From positions 823,659 to 887,658 of the forward strand of contig JBFWNU010000002.1 of NCBI GenBank assembly GCA_050250895.1: a stretch of DNA of 64,000 nucleotides. Reading direction: 5' to 3'. Shown here in pieces: positions 28,206-38,367 of this stretch. The DNA is from Vulcanimicrobiota bacterium (lineage in GTDB: Bacteria > Vulcanimicrobiota > Xenobia > Xenobiales > JADMJV01). Position 1 is the stretch's first letter; each line of letters starts with the position of its first letter. The translations under genes were made by a program, and so were the position numbers. A model generated the notes under the pieces. That model ran no database searches. It saw only the letters and a program-made list of their open reading frames with translations, and had not been told where the DNA came from.

Positions 28206-30185
28206 ATGCAAATTCGAGGGGCCAACCAGTCCATTCTCCACCGTCCGGCCGCGCCACGCTTGCGGGCACCGGTCGCTCCCCGGTCATCCGACCATTTTTC
28301 ACCTGGCCGCGACGCCGGTTGGGTTAGCGTAGGGCGCGTTCTCAACAGTCTGAACGCGACCCTGGCGGCCAGCGCCGGGGGAGGCCCGGCTGGATTGGCC
28401 CTGGGCATGGGAGCCCTCCAAACCCTGAGCCAGGTTCCCCAGGTCGGGGCCTTCGTGGCCACCGGACTGAGGCTCTTCGATGTCGACAAGGTTCCCAAAG
28501 TCGGGAATTTCGCCCTGCCTGCTCCCGCCAGGCCGCGACCCGCGCCGGCCAGACCGCAACCGAGTCTTGCCCATCAGGCTCCGCCCCGGGCCGGTAAGGC
28601 AAGGGCCATCGAGAAAGCCGAGCTGGGTCTCCCGGCCTCCGGCAGCGAACCGGCTGCGCCCAGGCGAGCCTGGATGAAGTTTGGAGTGATGGGTGCCCTG
28701 GCCGTGGCCGGCATCGGCGCGCCGCTGCTGGCCCAGGCCCCGGCCCCGCCGGTCGAGCCGGCCATGTCGGTCGAGGCTCCCCAGCCTTCCACCACCACCC
28801 AGGTTCGGGTGGACGGTTGGCGCCAGGGGCCCAACGACACCGTCGAGGGAATCCTGCGCAATCAGGGCTACTCCACCGGCGACATCTACTCGGCCAATCC
28901 AGCCGGCAAGACTTTGCTCGACCTGGTGCTCGAATCCAACGGACTTTCTCGGGCCGAAGCCCTTCAGGCCGGCCAGCAGCTGACCGTGCCCTTGCCGGGA
29001 CGCGAGGCCGCCCCCCCGCCGGCCCGCCCGGCTGTCGTGCGACCGGCTGCGCCAGCCGCTGTCGGCACGGCCGAAAACGTCGAGGTGAGAGTCGATCGCT
29101 GGCGCCAGGGTCCCAACGACACCCTCGAACATATCCTGCGCAATCAAGGTTACTCCCTCAACGAGATCTATCGTCAGGGCCCCGATGGGACCAACCTGCT
29201 CGAGCAGGTGGTCCACCAGAACGACCTGGCCGGACCGAACCAGCTGCGCGCCGGACAGACCGTTCGCGTGCCTGCCCACGGCAGCCAGAGGCCGTCGCTC
29301 GAAGTGCCCCGGGCGCCGGTAGAAGCCGAGCCTGAGCGTCCCGTCCAGGCTGAGCCCGAAAGGCCGGCTGCCGAGCCCGAGGCACCCGTTCAACGGGCAC
29401 CTCTGATCCAGCGCGAGACGACCAGGGTGCGCGTCGACCGCTGGGGCGAGGGACCCGACGACTCGATTTTCAGAATCCTGATGCATCATGGCTTTACCCG
29501 CAACGAGATCTTCCGTCACGACGCCACCGGGCGCACCATGATCGAGTGGGTGACCGAGTTCAACGGCCTCAAGCGACCGGAAGACCTGCGCGCCGGCCAC
29601 ATCGTGCAGGTTCCCTATCGCTCTATTCCGTCGCGAGAAGTTCCCGCTCCTGTGGTCCTCACCCCGGCCCGGCCCGAGACTCCGGTTCAAGCCGAGACTC
29701 CGGTTCAAGCCGAGACACCGGCTCAACCCGAGACACCGGCACAGCCGGAGACGCCAGTCCAGCCTGAGCGCCCGGCCGATCCCTTGGGTGAGCCCACCGC
29801 CGAGATGGGTCTTTTGCTCGACGGCATCACCCAGGGCAAGTTCACTCGTCAGGAATTTCAGTTCCTCAACTCCTATGCCAATCGCTACGAAGAGACGCGG
29901 GCTCGCTTCTCGGAGGGTGGCTTTACCAACGACGAGTTGCGCACGCTGGGCGCCTGGGAAGTGCGCTACGGTCAAGAATACGTCCGTCTGCTGCGCGATG
30001 ACAACACGCCCATCCACATCGCGCCCGGCGACTTGAACGACCCGGTGGTGGCTGCCCGCAACCGCATTCATGAAGAAGGCGGGCGTATCTACGATGGCTA
30101 CAAGGCCGGCAGTATGAACGCCGAACAAGCCGTGCGCGCCATGGTCAACCAGCGGGGAGCCTCGCGTCGCCTGGGCGGGCAGTAG
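28206..30185 (+). CDS. Protein with three variant LysM-like domains
   Basis: Three copies of VRVDxWxxGPxDxxxxILxxxG(Y/F)...N(G/D)L....LxAGxxxxVP separated by Pro-rich linkers. Confidence 0.8.
   Translation: MQIRGANQSILHRPAAPRLRAPVAPRSSDHFSPGRDAGWVSVGRVLNSLNATLAASAGGGPAGLALGMGALQTLSQVPQVGAFVATGLRLFDVDKVPKVGNFALPAPARPRPAPARPQPSLAHQAPPRAGKARAIEKAELGLPASGSEPAAPRRAWMKFGVMGALAVAGIGAPLLAQAPAPPVEPAMSVEAPQPSTTTQVRVDGWRQGPNDTVEGILRNQGYSTGDIYSANPAGKTLLDLVLESNGLSRAEALQAGQQLTVPLPGREAAPPPARPAVVRPAAPAAVGTAENVEVRVDRWRQGPNDTLEHILRNQGYSLNEIYRQGPDGTNLLEQVVHQNDLAGPNQLRAGQTVRVPAHGSQRPSLEVPRAPVEAEPERPVQAEPERPAAEPEAPVQRAPLIQRETTRVRVDRWGEGPDDSIFRILMHHGFTRNEIFRHDATGRTMIEWVTEFNGLKRPEDLRAGHIVQVPYRSIPSREVPAPVVLTPARPETPVQAETPVQAETPAQPETPAQPETPVQPERPADPLGEPTAEMGLLLDGITQGKFTRQEFQFLNSYANRYEETRARFSEGGFTNDELRTLGAWEVRYGQEYVRLLRDDNTPIHIAPGDLNDPVVAARNRIHEEGGRIYDGYKAGSMNAEQAVRAMVNQRGASRRLGGQ
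29673..29765 (+). repeat. 18-bp tandem repeat encoding five copies of (P/A)ETP(V/A)Q (linker)
   Basis: PETPVQAETPVQAETPAQPETPAQPETPVQ. Confidence 0.8.
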
Positions 30186-30224
30186 CCGGAAGGAAGCAGC
30201 GCCCCGGCCACAAAACTGGGGTCC

Positions 30225-31730
30225 ATGTTCTCCAAAGTCCTGATCGCAAATCGCGGTGAGATTGCCGTGCGGGTGTTGCGGGCCTGCCGTGAGTTGGGCG
30301 TACGCACCGCTGTAGCCTACGCCGCCGTCGACCGTTCCAGCCTGGCCGTGCGCCTGGCCGACGAAGCCTATCTGGTCGAGGGTCCCGACGCCAGGGGGGC
30401 CTACCTCAACATCGCCGGGATGGTTGAAGTGGCCAAAAGGTGCGGCGCCGAGGCGGTCCATCCTGGCTATGGCTTTTTGTCCGAGAACGCCGAGTTTTCG
30501 CGGGCTTGTCGGGAGGCCGGCATCGTCTTCATCGGTCCTAGTCCCGAAGTGATCCATCGACTGGGCGACAAGAACCAGGCGCGGGCCGCTATGGCCACCG
30601 CGGGTGTGCCGCTGGTGCCCGGCACCGATGGACCTTTGGCCGACGGTGACCAGGCCGTGGCCGAGGCCGAGCGGATCGGATATCCGGTTCTGTTGAAGGC
30701 GGCCGGTGGGGGAGGGGGCCGCGGGATGCGCCGGGCCCACAACGCCGACGAGGTGCGCTCGGGCTTTGAACAGGCTCGTCGCGAGGCCCTGGCGGCCTTT
30801 GGCTCACCCTCGATCTATCTCGAAAAATATATCGAGCGTCCGCGCCACATCGAGATTCAGATTCTGGGCGACAACTACGGCGAGGTGGTTTATCTGCACG
30901 AGCGCGAATGCTCGATTCAACGCCGTTTTCAGAAGATGATCGAAGAGGCTCCGTCGCCTTTGCTCGACCAGGCAACCCGCCGGGCCATGGGCGAGGCGGC
31001 CGTGGCCGGAGCCAGGAAGGTCGGCTATGCCGGCGCAGGCACCTTCGAGTTTCTGGCCGACGATGATCGCAACTTCTATTTCCTCGAGGTCAATACGCGC
31101 CTGCAGGTGGAGCATCCCGTGACCGAGATGATCACCGGCATCGATCTGGTCGAAGCTCAGTTGCGGGTGGCCGCTGGCGAGAGGATGTGGCTCCAGCAAG
31201 ACGAGATTCCCCTTAACGGCTGGGCCATCGAGTGCCGCATCACCTGCGAGGACCCCTTTGGCGGTTTTCGGCCCTGCCCGGGCAAGGTCGAAGCGGTGCG
31301 CTATCCGGCGGGGCCGGGCGTGCGCTTTGACTCTCACCTGTACCCCGGCTATGTGGTGCCGGTCGACTTCGACTCGATGGTGGGCAAGCTGATCACCTCG
31401 GGCGAGGACCGCGAACAGGCCCGCCGGCGCATGCTGGGGGCCCTCGACGAAATGGTGCTGGCCGGCTTTCCCAACTCGGTGCCCTTCCACCGGTTCGTGC
31501 TCAACCATCCGGTTTTTATCGAAGGTCATCTCTCCACTCACTTCCTGGACCAATACCTCGGCGAGTTCTCTCGCCAGGTAGACCAGGACACGGTCGACCT
31601 GGCCGCCGTGGTCGGAGCAATCGAGCGTTTTCAGGCCCAGGCGCCAGCGGGCGCCAACCAGGACCAGTATCCGGCTTGGCGCCGCACCGGTCTCGAGCAG
31701 GCCGTGGCCGGCCGAGGATTTAGCCGATGA
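30225..31730 (+). CDS. accC: Biotin carboxylase subunit of an acyl-CoA carboxylase
   Basis: LIANRGEIA, HPGYGFLSEN, GGGGRGMR, ERECSIQRR, FLEVNTRLQVEHPVTE. Confidence 0.93.
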   Translation: MFSKVLIANRGEIAVRVLRACRELGVRTAVAYAAVDRSSLAVRLADEAYLVEGPDARGAYLNIAGMVEVAKRCGAEAVHPGYGFLSENAEFSRACREAGIVFIGPSPEVIHRLGDKNQARAAMATAGVPLVPGTDGPLADGDQAVAEAERIGYPVLLKAAGGGGGRGMRRAHNADEVRSGFEQARREALAAFGSPSIYLEKYIERPRHIEIQILGDNYGEVVYLHERECSIQRRFQKMIEEAPSPLLDQATRRAMGEAAVAGARKVGYAGAGTFEFLADDDRNFYFLEVNTRLQVEHPVTEMITGIDLVEAQLRVAAGERMWLQQDEIPLNGWAIECRITCEDPFGGFRPCPGKVEAVRYPAGPGVRFDSHLYPGYVVPVDFDSMVGKLITSGEDREQARRRMLGALDEMVLAGFPNSVPFHRFVLNHPVFIEGHLSTHFLDQYLGEFSRQVDQDTVDLAAVVGAIERFQAQAPAGANQDQYPAWRRTGLEQAVAGRGFSR

Positions 31731-32545
31731 AGTGGGTTACCTTCGTCCAGCAAGACAAGTCGGCGCTGGGTCAATTGCGTGACGGCCGAGTGATTGATGT
31801 GTCGGCCGGGCGCTGGTCCGATCTGGGAGCCTATCTGGCCGCAGGCGCGCCCGAGATCCGGGCTGACGGCCCTGACTACGCCTTGGAGGAAGTGCGCCTG
31901 GCCGCTCCCGTCCCGCGTCCGCCCAAGGTGGTGGCGGTGGGGCTCAACTATCGAGACCACGCCGAAGAGCAGGCCAAAGTCACTCCCGATTATCCGATGT
32001 TCTTCAGCAAGGCCCGCACCTGTGTGATCGGCCCCGACGAAACGATTTTGTTGCCCGAGGGGCGCAAATACATCGATGTCGAGGTCGAGTTGGCGGCCGT
32101 CATCGGGCGAGGCGGCTCGAACATCCCGCGCGAGCGGGCCCTCGAGCATGTCTTCGGTTTCACCATCATGAATGATGTCAGCGACCGCAAGGCGCAAAAG
32201 GACGATCGCCAATACTATCGCGCCAAGTCGTTTCCCACCTTTGGTCCCTGCGGTCCCCTGGTCATCACTCCCGACGAGTTCGACCACCACCACGCCGATA
32301 TTCGCCTGCGCCTCAATGACCGGGTCCAGCAAGAGTCCAATACCCGTTACATGATGTTCACGGTCGAGGTGCTCATCGAGCTGCTCTCGGGCTTTCAAGA
32401 GCTAGAGCCCGGCGACATCCTGACCACCGGCACGCCGGGCGGGGTCGGGGTCTTTCGGGACCCGCCTGTCTATCTTCAGGACGGGGATGTGGTCGAGTGT
32501 GAAATCTCGGGTCTGGGCAAATTGACCAACCCGGTCAAGCGTTAG
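31727..32545 (+). CDS. Fumarylacetoacetate hydrolase family protein
   Basis: VGLNYRDH, DVEVELA, NDVSDR, AKSFPTFGPCGP, PGDILTTGTPGGVG. Confidence 0.92.
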   Translation: MKWVTFVQQDKSALGQLRDGRVIDVSAGRWSDLGAYLAAGAPEIRADGPDYALEEVRLAAPVPRPPKVVAVGLNYRDHAEEQAKVTPDYPMFFSKARTCVIGPDETILLPEGRKYIDVEVELAAVIGRGGSNIPRERALEHVFGFTIMNDVSDRKAQKDDRQYYRAKSFPTFGPCGPLVITPDEFDHHHADIRLRLNDRVQQESNTRYMMFTVEVLIELLSGFQELEPGDILTTGTPGGVGVFRDPPVYLQDGDVVECEISGLGKLTNPVKR

Positions 32546-34404
32546 AAATCGTGGCCGTCCCAGCCGTCACCCGGTAGAGCTTCGGCCGGCGTCTCTTCCT
32601 CTTCATCGACTTCCACCCAGACATATTCGTATTCGTCGTCGTCGGGGTCGAGTTCGGTGTGAATCACCTCGCCGTCGGGTAGTTCGTCCTCGGGCGCTGG
32701 CGGAGGAGGCGGCGGAGGGTGATAGGCGTTGACGTTATCCAGGGTGACTTCTTCGAACACCGTGCTCTCGTCGAGCAGATAGTCGTCATCGAATTCTTCG
32801 TCCTCATCTACCTCGACCCATTCGAACTCCTCGTCGGGGCCGAACACGCCCGGGGGAAGCTCCAGGGGCACGGGGGCGGGAGCCTCGGGCTCGGCCTCGA
32901 GGCGCTCGGTCAAAAGCTCGCGCACTTCCTTCTCGGCTTCGTTGCCGGCACCGAAGCTGGCCATCTCGGTCAACACCGAGTCGACCATCTCGAGGGGCAG
33001 TTTGGGTACCCCCGCCCGGGCTTCGTCCGTCCGCCCCAGGGCCGCCAGGCTGAGCAGGTTGTAGGCCAGAAAGAGCCTGTCTAGCGCGTTGTCGGCCCGG
33101 TCGAGTTCCTGACACTGGTCATAGCAATCCTGATAGCGCCCCTGAATGTAGTGGTCGGCTACCACCTCCCAGGGTTGAACCTCGGGGGCCTCCTCGGCGA
33201 ATTTCTCTTCGAGCAGCTTGCGAACTTTCGCTTCGGCCTCGCTGCCCGAGCCATGTTTGTCCATCTCACCCAGGGCCGCGATGGCCATTTCGAAGGGTAG
33301 CTCTTCGATGAAGTCCAGCGCTTCCTCTGGCTCGTCGAGAGCGGCGTGACAAAGCATGGTGAAGGTCGGGTAGAGGGTGGAAGGCATGTCGGGGTCATCG
33401 CGTAACTGCTCGGCCAGATCCAGAGCGTCGAGATAGCGCCCGGTAGCGTAGTAAGAAGCCACCAGTTCCCACCCCGTCATGGCGTCCTGGCTGGCCTCAT
33501 AGGCTTTAGCCAGGGGCCGCAGGACCTCTTCCACGTCGTCGGCCGCCAGCTCGGCCTGCAGTCTGAAAGCGCCGCCATGTCCGGGATCGATCTCGAGGAT
33601 CCGCTGGACCAATTCGGCCGTGCGCGGGTCTTCGCGGCGAAGATAGATGCAAGCGACCAGAAAGAGATAGGTGGTGTCATTGCCGGCCACCGCCATGCTC
33701 TTTTCAATCAGGGCATCGGCCTCCTCGGGTTTTCCGTCGAGGTCGAGCAGGGTCGCTTTCCAGCCGGCCACCCAGGGGTTCTCGGGATTGGATTCTTGCA
33801 GCAGTTCCCAGGCCCGGTCGGGCATCTGGCGTTGCAGGGCGCCCTCGACCGCTCGCCGCACCAACTCTTCTTCGTCGGGATTATAGGCAGCCCCGAGCTC
33901 GGCCACCTGAAAGGCCAGATCAGGTTTGTCGCACTCTTCCAGCAATTTGGCCGCGGTCAGCGCGAAGACAGGGTGCTCGGGCACCTTGTGAAAGGCTTTG
34001 CAGGCAAGCTTTTCGGCCTCTTCCTTCTCGCCTCGGGCCTGGAGGCGCACGGCCAACCCGTGGAGGGCTCCGGGATTCTCGTCATCGTATTTGAGAGCCT
34101 CGCGATAGGCATCCTCGGCTCCCTCGAGGTCGCCCGTCTTTTCCATGGTCATGCCGAAGGCCAGCAGCAGGGTGGCGTCTTCGGGGTTGTCGCCCAGTTT
34201 GTCGTTTAATAGATCCAATGACTCATCCTCACGGCCTTGAATGACCATGAGCACAGCCAAGCCTGCGGCGTATAGGTTTGAGCCTTCCCCGGCCAGCTCG
34301 TTGGCCTGCTCGAGCATCAGCTCGGCAGACGCGATTTCTCCGCGCAAGAGTGCCTGCTGAGCCGACTCGAAGAGAGACTGCGGGTCGCTGAGGTTCATCG
34401 ACAT
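32542..34404 (-). CDS. TPR-repeat protein with an acidic, Pro-rich C-terminus
   Basis: GDLEGAEDAYREAL and other TPR-like helices; E/D-rich tail. Confidence 0.75.
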   Translation of the reverse strand: MSMNLSDPQSLFESAQQALLRGEIASAELMLEQANELAGEGSNLYAAGLAVLMVIQGREDESLDLLNDKLGDNPEDATLLLAFGMTMEKTGDLEGAEDAYREALKYDDENPGALHGLAVRLQARGEKEEAEKLACKAFHKVPEHPVFALTAAKLLEECDKPDLAFQVAELGAAYNPDEEELVRRAVEGALQRQMPDRAWELLQESNPENPWVAGWKATLLDLDGKPEEADALIEKSMAVAGNDTTYLFLVACIYLRREDPRTAELVQRILEIDPGHGGAFRLQAELAADDVEEVLRPLAKAYEASQDAMTGWELVASYYATGRYLDALDLAEQLRDDPDMPSTLYPTFTMLCHAALDEPEEALDFIEELPFEMAIAALGEMDKHGSGSEAEAKVRKLLEEKFAEEAPEVQPWEVVADHYIQGRYQDCYDQCQELDRADNALDRLFLAYNLLSLAALGRTDEARAGVPKLPLEMVDSVLTEMASFGAGNEAEKEVRELLTERLEAEPEAPAPVPLELPPGVFGPDEEFEWVEVDEDEEFDDDYLLDESTVFEEVTLDNVNAYHPPPPPPPAPEDELPDGEVIHTELDPDDDEYEYVWVEVDEEEETPAEALPGDGWDGHDF

Positions 34405-34461
34405 AGACGAAATCTTTGTTAGACGGGAGGATGTCGCTTCTGGGGTGCCTAACCCGCCTGT

Positions 34462-35079
34462 ATGCGACGGCCAGCCATCACGGTCCTATTCCTGCTGCTG
34501 ATGACATTTGCCTCCGGCTGCGGGCAGCAAGTTCACTATGAGAAGATTGACCCCAAGGGCCGCTTCGTCAGCGAACGCTATCAGTTTTGTTTGCAAACCC
34601 CCGAGGATTGGGAGGTTCGCGAACGGGTCCAGTCTAGTGAAGTGGTTTGCCTGAGCCGTCGTTCTGGGCCCAACGATCCCTTTCGCGAGAACCTGGTGGT
34701 CGGGGTCGAGCCCCTGACCGAGAGCCTGACCTCGGAGCAGTATGCCGAAAAGAAGCAGTCCGAGTTGGGCAGCCAGGCCGAGGTGGTCGACAGCCAGCTG
34801 AGCGGCGACCTGCCCCACCTGACCTATCGTCACTCGCTCGACGGTCAGCCCATCGAGGTGCTGGCTTATTTTCGTTCTCATCAGGTGGGGGGCGCTTATT
34901 ACGGGCTGAGCTTCCTCTTCAGTCAGAGGGCCGAGGACTTTGCCGAAAGTCGCCCCATTTTCGAAGAGGCGGCTTCGACCTTCAAGTTCGGCGATGCGGA
35001 GTGTGCCGAAATGAGAAAGCTCGGTTCTTATCCGGCCGACCTGCCGACCCCCGAAGTCACTCGTTCCCCGGCTCCGTAG
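34462..35079 (+). CDS. Lipoprotein, possibly PsbP/DcrB-like
   Basis: FASGC lipobox; YQFCLQTPEDW, DPFRENLVV, FEEAASTFKF. Confidence 0.6.
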   Translation: MRRPAITVLFLLLMTFASGCGQQVHYEKIDPKGRFVSERYQFCLQTPEDWEVRERVQSSEVVCLSRRSGPNDPFRENLVVGVEPLTESLTSEQYAEKKQSELGSQAEVVDSQLSGDLPHLTYRHSLDGQPIEVLAYFRSHQVGGAYYGLSFLFSQRAEDFAESRPIFEEAASTFKFGDAECAEMRKLGSYPADLPTPEVTRSPAP

Positions 35080-35641
35080 GTCCCTGCCAGGGGGCGTACA
35101 GATCGTGGCTGATCGAGAACTGCTCGAGAATGCGTCCGACCGTGTGATGAACGATGTCCATGACCGTTTTGGGCTGATGATAGAAGGCCACGATGGGGGG
35201 CAGCACGGTCGCACCCATCTCGGCCAGGGCCACCAGATTGCGCAGGTGACCCAGGTGAAAGGGTGTCTCGCGGGGCACCACCACCAGTCGCCGTCGCTCT
35301 TTGAGGGTGACATCGGCCGAACGGCTGATCAAGTTGTCTCCGAAACCGTGAGCCACGGCCGCCACCGTCTTCATGCTGGCGGGCACGATCACCATGCCCT
35401 CGACGGGATAGGTGCCTGACCCGATCGAGGCCGCCACATCGTTTTCTTTGTGATAGACATCGGCCAGTTCGCGCACTCGGTCCAGGCTCCACTCGGGGCA
35501 CTCCAGACGCAGAGTCACCCCGGCCGAACGGCTGATGAGCAGGTGGGTTTCGATGGCTGGCTCGGCCCTGAGCAACTCCAGCAGGCGAATGGCATAAATC
35601 GAGCCACTGGCGCCGGTCATGGCAAGGATGATACGTCTCAC
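35057..35641 (-). CDS. ubiX: Flavin prenyltransferase
   Basis: AMTGASGSIY, ASIGSG, PASMKT, RSADVTLKERR, PRETP. Confidence 0.93.
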   Translation of the reverse strand: MRRIILAMTGASGSIYAIRLLELLRAEPAIETHLLISRSAGVTLRLECPEWSLDRVRELADVYHKENDVAASIGSGTYPVEGMVIVPASMKTVAAVAHGFGDNLISRSADVTLKERRRLVVVPRETPFHLGHLRNLVALAEMGATVLPPIVAFYHQPKTVMDIVHHTVGRILEQFSISHDLYAPWQGPTEPGNE

Positions 35642-35669
35642 GCCGGGCCTTTTGCCCTCGCCCGTCGCC

Positions 35670-36257
35670 TTACCTGTCGGGGCGGCCCAGCCAGAACTGC
35701 ATCGGTTTCGGGCTCTCGTGGTCCTCGTCGAGATCCTGCCAGCGATACTCGGTGGTGAGGCCGGGCTCGGCCCGATAGCCTCGGCCGTGCCAGAACGGCT
35801 CCAGGCTGCGATAGTCGTTCGGCCGGCGGGGATGGTCCTCGGGGCGGATCACGGCGCAAAAGCAGGTTCGTCTGAAACCGTGGCGGGCCGCGGCGGCCTC
35901 GCGCCGGTCGAAGAATTCGTGTCCCAGACCGCGCCCCCGATAGCTTGCCAGCAAGAGCGACTCGCCGAAGTAGTAGAACTCGTCGGGGTCGAGTCCGGCT
36001 TGCTGAAAGGGCCGTCGAAAGTCGTCTTCTTCGTCAGCCAGGGGCAGGGCAGTCGAGGCTCCTACCGCCTGACCCTGGTCGCGAACCACCACCAGCGCGC
36101 TGCGGGGCGAGCGGACCAGCGTCTGAAGATAGCGCAATTCATAGTCGAGATCGCCGTCGTAGAGGTAAGGGAACTCCCGAAAGATGGTGAGCCTGAGCTG
36201 GGCCAGTTCCGGCAGCAGGGCCTCGATGTCGGTTCCCGCGCACTCCACGATTTCCAT
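35670..36257 (-). CDS. GNAT-family acetyltransferase
   Basis: LRLTIFREFPYLYDG, YFGESLLLASYRGRGLG; AAGGAGG RBS. Confidence 0.88.
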   Translation of the reverse strand: MEIVECAGTDIEALLPELAQLRLTIFREFPYLYDGDLDYELRYLQTLVRSPRSALVVVRDQGQAVGASTALPLADEEDDFRRPFQQAGLDPDEFYYFGESLLLASYRGRGLGHEFFDRREAAAARHGFRRTCFCAVIRPEDHPRRPNDYRSLEPFWHGRGYRAEPGLTTEYRWQDLDEDHESPKPMQFWLGRPDR

Positions 36258-36329
36258 CCTGCCTCCTTCGTTTCACACTTTCAGAAAACTTTCACGGCTC
36301 GGACCTAAGCTGGCCAAAACACGAGAAAA

Positions 36330-36653
36330 CCATCATGGCGATATCAACATCGCGCTCAACCAGGCCTTCGGTGGCTTCAACGTCCGCCCCACCAATCAGA
36401 CCCAGCGGGTCGGAACCTTCACCGTCACCGCCGGAGTGCGCTCGGATGGCGTCAAGCCAGCCGAGGTGCTGGTCTTCGAAAAAGGCGAGTTTCGCAATCG
36501 CAATCGCGGCTTCGGCTTTGGCAACTTCCAGTTCGACACGACCCTACCCAACGCTCGGGTGGGTAAGACCTATCAGGCCCAGATCTTCTGGGGACGCGCG
36601 ATGTCTTCATGGACGAGGCCAACGAGCGCGTCTTCATCAGCACCCTGTTTTGA
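36330..36653 (+). pseudogene. Probable gene remnant (no clear start, apparent frameshift)
   Basis: Protein-like frame GDINIALNQAFGGFNVRP...KTYQAQIFW continues in another frame as RDVFMDEANERVFISTLF*. Confidence 0.35.
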
Positions 36654-36779
36654 CAGGAGCCAATTGTTACGGAATGGTAATAAAGTTTTCCGTGCCTTAA
36701 CAACTTTTGTCCCTCGCTATGTTCTCTCTTGGCTAGACTGAGGTCTGGAGAGAGGAGCAAAGACGAAAGGACAACACCA

Positions 36780-37202
36780 ATGGCTCAACCTATCCGTGGC
36801 GGCGGAAGTGGCAAACACCGGAGCTTTGCTCCCAGAATCAAGCGACCCGTGAAGAAACCCACTCACTTTCCCCCCTCAGCGCCCAATCGCGGCACTCAGA
36901 AGCCCGACCCCTCTCTCAAACCCTCCGGCGGTGATAAAGGCTGGAAACACCTTCCCGGCAACTCGGGTCCTAAAGTCGACTCCGGCGGCAACGCTTCTGG
37001 CGGACTCAAGCACACCCCGCCCAGCCCTTCGGGGCCAAAGATCCCCAGCCACGACACCGACGTTCCCCCCACCAATGTCGATCCCAACTTGCGCCACGGA
37101 ACCCCGCCCTATCGGGGACCTCTCTATCTGGCCCAACCCTCGGCGGGCGGGCAGGCCGCTGCAGCCGGACTGGCTGACAACTACGCTAGCGCGTTCACCT
37201 AA
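36780..37202 (+). CDS. Pro/Gly/Lys-rich low-complexity protein
   Basis: AAAGGA RBS before ATG 36780; terminator follows. Confidence 0.6.
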   Translation: MAQPIRGGGSGKHRSFAPRIKRPVKKPTHFPPSAPNRGTQKPDPSLKPSGGDKGWKHLPGNSGPKVDSGGNASGGLKHTPPSPSGPKIPSHDTDVPPTNVDPNLRHGTPPYRGPLYLAQPSAGGQAAAAGLADNYASAFT

Positions 37203-37236
37203 GAAAAGTGTCCCTCGAGGAGGGGCACTTTTCTTT
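37201..37236. terminator. Bidirectional rho-independent terminator
   Basis: AAGAAAAGTGTCCCT ... AGGGGCACTTTTCTT hairpin between convergent genes. Confidence 0.8.
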
Positions 37237-37927
37237 AGATCCACTGGTAGGCCATCACTTTTTCTGGCTCGCCTTCGGGGACGGCGGTGAATTTCGATTC
37301 ATCCACGCTGGGACTGAGATTGACCTCGGTGCAGATGAAGTCTGAACCGAGGACCGCGTCTTTGCCTCCGCCCGAGTCTTCGCCCACGGCATCGGCTCGG
37401 CGCAGCAGCAGGTTGCGGTTGGGGTCGATCCAGAAGCGAAAGACCACTTCACCTCCCAGGGCGCTTTGTTGCCGGGAGATCAGCCGATTGCAGGTGACAC
37501 CCTCGACCGCTTCGGTGCCGTCCTCGGCGGTGGGCAGCGACTTGGGGATCTTCCAGAACAGGTTGTTCTTGAGAAAGTCAGGGTCGGGAGTATACTCGAC
37601 AAAGCCCTCTTCTTTAAAGACCTCGCCGGGATTGTCCTTGAGAGCCGAGGTTCGGTTGAACTCGCGCAGCTTTTCACCGTCAAAGACGACATCGGATTCG
37701 TGGATGGTCCACACGCCCAGGTCGGCGCTGAGAACCTTCTTGTGCAGATAGAACTTCTTGCCCTGGGTGGTGAGTTCGAACTCGCCGGTGGTGGCGGCGC
37801 CGCCGGTCAGTCCTCGATGGGTGACCTTCCACTTGGACGAATGAGTCTTGTCGGCGTTGACCTTGGCGATCGGGCCGCCGCAACCGGCCAGCAGCAGGCA
37901 CAAAATGGCCAGCATCGTGCGTTTCAT
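37235..37927 (-). CDS. Lipoprotein, LolA/DUF2092-like fold
   Basis: LLAGC lipobox; GTEAVEGVTC, FWIDPNRNLLLR, NLSPSVDESKF. Confidence 0.65.
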   Translation of the reverse strand: MKRTMLAILCLLLAGCGGPIAKVNADKTHSSKWKVTHRGLTGGAATTGEFELTTQGKKFYLHKKVLSADLGVWTIHESDVVFDGEKLREFNRTSALKDNPGEVFKEEGFVEYTPDPDFLKNNLFWKIPKSLPTAEDGTEAVEGVTCNRLISRQQSALGGEVVFRFWIDPNRNLLLRRADAVGEDSGGGKDAVLGSDFICTEVNLSPSVDESKFTAVPEGEPEKVMAYQWI

Positions 37928-38367
37928 GGATTTTGCTCCTTCTTGAAGTTGTCAAAGTGTGTTCGCAGACAGGGGCCGATTCCTTCGAATTCGGCCAGGG
38001 ACGGCCCGAAGTCGATCTCGCTCCCGTCCTTGAGTAGTAAACTTGCGCCCAGAGAGTGCTCTACCACCCGCTTCACCTCGACCCATCCCAGACTGAGGTG
38101 GGCCAGGGGGCCGCGCGCGCTGACGCCGTCAGGCCCTATGCTCACCTGGGCATAGTAATCTTTGAGACCCACTCGAGCCAGGGCGCCGGCGCAAGCCAGC
38201 GCGAACAAGACCCCCAGCAAGACGCAGACCCGCTCATTGATCCCATGCATGGCCAGAGGGCCGTCGAGGGTGATGATGATGAGCCCGAGCACGGCTAGCA
38301 GGACCAGAAAGCCGGCCCCGCCCATGGGGACTGCCAGGCTCGAGGCTCGACCGTGAAAAGTCGTCAT
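37924..38367 (-). CDS. Two-TM membrane protein with a bacterial PH-like domain
   Basis: Two TMs, then IGPDGVSARG....LGWVEVKRV; ATGA couplings on both sides. Confidence 0.55.
   Translation of the reverse strand: MTTFHGRASSLAVPMGGAGFLVLLAVLGLIIITLDGPLAMHGINERVCVLLGVLFALACAGALARVGLKDYYAQVSIGPDGVSARGPLAHLSLGWVEVKRVVEHSLGASLLLKDGSEIDFGPSLAEFEGIGPCLRTHFDNFKKEQNP

Noticed and set aside
30225-31730. Biotin carboxylase (also ATP-grasp fold) as part of the RiPP-like system
   Set aside because: It has canonical AccC motifs, lies about 23 kb away and is in a metabolic gene pair.
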